Of a stretch of DNA of 28,844 nt, positions 26,763-28,844 are shown piece by piece. Position 1 is the stretch's first letter. Each line of letters starts with the position of its first letter. The notes under the pieces are model-generated. The model did no database searches and was not told the DNA's origin. It was given only the letters and a program-made list of their open reading frames with translations. The translations under genes were made by a program, and so were the position numbers. The DNA is from a virus (lineage: Duplodnaviria > Caudoviricetes): positions 1 through 28,844 of IMG/VR virus record IMGVR_UViG_3300025048_000008. The stretch is one strand, 5' to 3'.

Positions 26763-27611
26763 TTATTTTGCAATCCTGCCTTCTTGCATGGCTTGACTTA
26801 TCTCAGCTTCATGCTTGTCAAATTGAGCCATAGACATTTTTGCAATTTCCCTTTCAGTCCAAATTCTTTCTTGCTTTGGTTCTACACTAGTTGTTTTAGT
26901 GGAAACCATATCAGCAGCAGATTTCTTGGACTGTTTAGAATTTGACTTCTTCGGTGCAACATCCATACCAATATCTTTCTTAAACAAATCTAAAGCTCTT
27001 GAAGCTAGATCAGCATCGTCAGCGTTATTGTATACCCAATCTTGGATAGACGTAGGCTGCTCTTTAGCCCAACCATGAAAATCATCACTATTGCGAATAT
27101 CTTCAAAATCAGGATGCTTATCCATCAATCGCTTTTCAGCATCTTTACGAAGTAGTTCTTGCTCACGAGTTTGTAGTTTTTCTAGTTTCTCTCTTAAGTC
27201 TTTAGATTTCTCTTCGGACTGTAAATGAGAAACAGTTTCTACAACTTCGTAGACATCAGGATACTCTTCTCTAAACTTTTCAAGTTCTTCTGGAGATTTA
27301 GGAGCAACGTAGCTTGGTCTGCTATTAGCAGCTTCTTCTAGTAACTCTTGTTCTCTAGACTTAAATTCATTTAACTTAGAGTCATAATGCTTTTTCAAGT
27401 CGTCATAGCGTTTCTTGTAGTCTGGTCGCTTGTAAGGTTCATCCCTAGTTGCTTCCTGTTCTACAGGTTCTTCTATGTCAGCTTCCTGTCTTGCTTGGGG
27501 CTTTTCGAAAAAAACTCCGTTTGCATCTTGGAAACCTATTTCGTCTTCTTTATGCCATGATTTGTTCATGTTGTAAGGATTGGCATTTTCCTCTTGTACT
27601 TCTGTAGTCAT
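26763..27611 (-). CDS. Capsid scaffolding protein (282 aa)
   Basis: Acidic coiled-coil protein directly upstream of the MCP. DYKKRYDDLKKHYD, HPDFEDI..SDDF..W and a C-terminal helix-turn-helix MSMAQFDKHEAEISQAMQEGRI typical of coat-binding tails. Confidence 0.85.
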   Translation of the reverse strand: MTTEVQEENANPYNMNKSWHKEDEIGFQDANGVFFEKPQARQEADIEEPVEQEATRDEPYKRPDYKKRYDDLKKHYDSKLNEFKSREQELLEEAANSRPSYVAPKSPEELEKFREEYPDVYEVVETVSHLQSEEKSKDLREKLEKLQTREQELLRKDAEKRLMDKHPDFEDIRNSDDFHGWAKEQPTSIQDWVYNNADDADLASRALDLFKKDIGMDVAPKKSNSKQSKKSAADMVSTKTTSVEPKQERIWTEREIAKMSMAQFDKHEAEISQAMQEGRIAK

Positions 27612-27625
27612 ATTCTTCTCCTACG

Positions 27626-27732
27626 GGGGCTTCGTTCACAAGGTAGCTCTATGTCGACTAGAGGGCTTGTATGTAAAGGTAGCCTTTCGGTTTATAAAAT
27701 AGTAGGGTGCTTATGACATAAGGTAGCCCTAC
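27626..27732 (-). promoter_or_regulatory. Triple-repeat structured leader upstream of scaffold gene (GCTACCTT-N7-AAGC x3)
   Basis: On + strand gctt-N7-aaggtagc occurs at 27629-27647, 27665-27683 and 27709-27727. Each copy can form a CUU/AAG-closed hairpin. The last copy in the transcript ends just before the AGGAG RBS. Confidence 0.7.
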
Positions 27733-27744
27733 CGTTAAGTTTGT

Positions 27745-28833
27745 TTAGCTTCTAACGTGTTGCTGATTAGGGTCAAGCATCATATTAGATTTAATATTTT
27801 TAGATATCTCATCTTCATCTGCTATCATTCTCCCAGTAGAATCAACCGTGTCTTTAATGACTCTGATTTCCTGTTTAACAGGTTCATCGCCTTTAACGAC
27901 TACAGTTTCTTCTTCAGGTTCACCACCATTAGCTAAACCTTGTCTATCATCTGCTTCCATTTCTGCATCCTTCATCATTGCCATTAGTTTATCGGCTCCG
28001 ATTTGGTCTACAGCTTTAGCAGTAAAGACAAATTCTCCATCAGATAACCTTGCAGGTATACTGTCAGAGACTCCTGAACCCGGACCTTCAACAGGACCAG
28101 ACCCAGCAAATTCTTGTGCAACGTCTATAACTTTATCAAATATCATTGATAGTTGTTCGTTGTCTTGTAACTGTGACATTAGATAGTCTTCTTCTTCGCT
28201 ATCTAATGCTTCATCTAAAATAAAATCTAAGTATTCATCTTCCATCTCATCGTCTGGAAGCATGTCCTCTTTAGGTTCTTTTCGCATTAACATAGACATT
28301 TGATTGTCTATATCACCACCTTTCGCAAAAGGTAATTTAGGTCCATCCATTGCAAAATTTTCTTGATCTATTTCTCTTTTAAGTTCAATGTCTTTTAAAA
28401 TTTTACTTTCAGGATAATTTTTTCTTAATTCTTTTTCTACAGCATCACTTAAAAATTCTACTTCTTCAGCATAATCAAGTTTTGACCCAGTTAAACCTTC
28501 AGGAGAATCCATACGTTGGTCCATTAGTTTATCCATTTCAGACTGTAATTCACGTAATTGATCTTCTAATTCTGTTTGACTAACTTTAGGTTTAGAACCT
28601 TTACCTGTTAGTTTAGAAATTGCTTTTGTAGCAGCAGAGCCAAGAGTTTTAGATATACCACCTATAGCCATACCATCTCTTTGTTTGGCTGCTGTTTTCA
28701 TTGGCTCGGTTTTGTTACCGTCACCGTCTATGTCTATATAATCTGGTTTTAACATTGAGACTCCTCCACCTTTGTTAAATAATGTTAGTTGAGTTGGATC
28801 ACCTTTTGGTAGTCCTTTTGGTTTATCTACCAT
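27745..28833 (-). CDS. Head-associated hypothetical protein with GPGxGxSDSIPARLSDGEFV domain (362 aa)
   Basis: GPVEGPGSGVSDSIPARLSDGEFVFTAKAVDQIG segment, four [FML]-x-x-GG motifs and a DxDxDG loop (DIDGDG). Located upstream of the scaffold. The start is close to the window edge. Confidence 0.7.
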   Translation of the reverse strand: MVDKPKGLPKGDPTQLTLFNKGGGVSMLKPDYIDIDGDGNKTEPMKTAAKQRDGMAIGGISKTLGSAATKAISKLTGKGSKPKVSQTELEDQLRELQSEMDKLMDQRMDSPEGLTGSKLDYAEEVEFLSDAVEKELRKNYPESKILKDIELKREIDQENFAMDGPKLPFAKGGDIDNQMSMLMRKEPKEDMLPDDEMEDEYLDFILDEALDSEEEDYLMSQLQDNEQLSMIFDKVIDVAQEFAGSGPVEGPGSGVSDSIPARLSDGEFVFTAKAVDQIGADKLMAMMKDAEMEADDRQGLANGGEPEEETVVVKGDEPVKQEIRVIKDTVDSTGRMIADEDEISKNIKSNMMLDPNQQHVRS

Positions 28834-28844
28834 GTCTGATTTAA

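Noticed and set aside
27626-27732. Three repeats with variable gaps as a mini-CRISPR array
   Set aside because: The conserved part is bipartite with a variable 7-nt core, the gaps are short and unequal (periods 36 and 44 bp), and no cas genes are present. It fits a regulatory leader better.
1-28844. Stop-codon reassignment, introns or inteins
   Set aside because: Standard-code ORFs tile the window almost without gaps, and the core genes (nrdB part, MCP, endolysin, iscU) have normal lengths with no insertions.

Overview
This is a 28.8 kb fragment of an AT-rich tailed dsDNA phage with podovirus-type organisation, probably marine. The capsid, scaffold and tail genes and the two convergent arms recall SIO1/Zobellviridae-like phages; that placement is from memory of the families, not from a search. 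The + strand (1-927) holds the end of the replication arm: a 5'-truncated class I ribonucleotide reductase beta subunit and one small ORF. The rest is one tightly coupled - strand late arm. In transcription order it encodes a GPG-domain head-associated protein, scaffold, major capsid protein, a probable decoration protein, three tiny ORFs missing from the supplied track, tail adaptor, tail nozzle, a 1512-aa tail fibre (about 38 17-aa repeats plus an S74 chaperone), five candidate internal/ejection proteins, a T4-type endolysin and two holin-like proteins. It ends in an accessory block: a secreted Asn/Thr-rich Cys protein, a secreted nidogen-like/acidic protein, a small membrane protein, IscU and a membrane-anchored coiled-coil protein. 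The most notable observations are (1) the exported-protein module behind the lysis genes, where spanins would be expected; (2) a triple-repeat structured element, GCUACCUU-N7-AAGC, in the scaffold leader; (3) a 52-bp direct repeat bracketing the gene after the capsid gene; (4) a recurring [FYML]-x-x-G-G motif in head/internal proteins; and (5) phage-encoded IscU. No tRNA, rRNA, CRISPR array, integrase or IS element was seen. All calls are by eye, without database searches.
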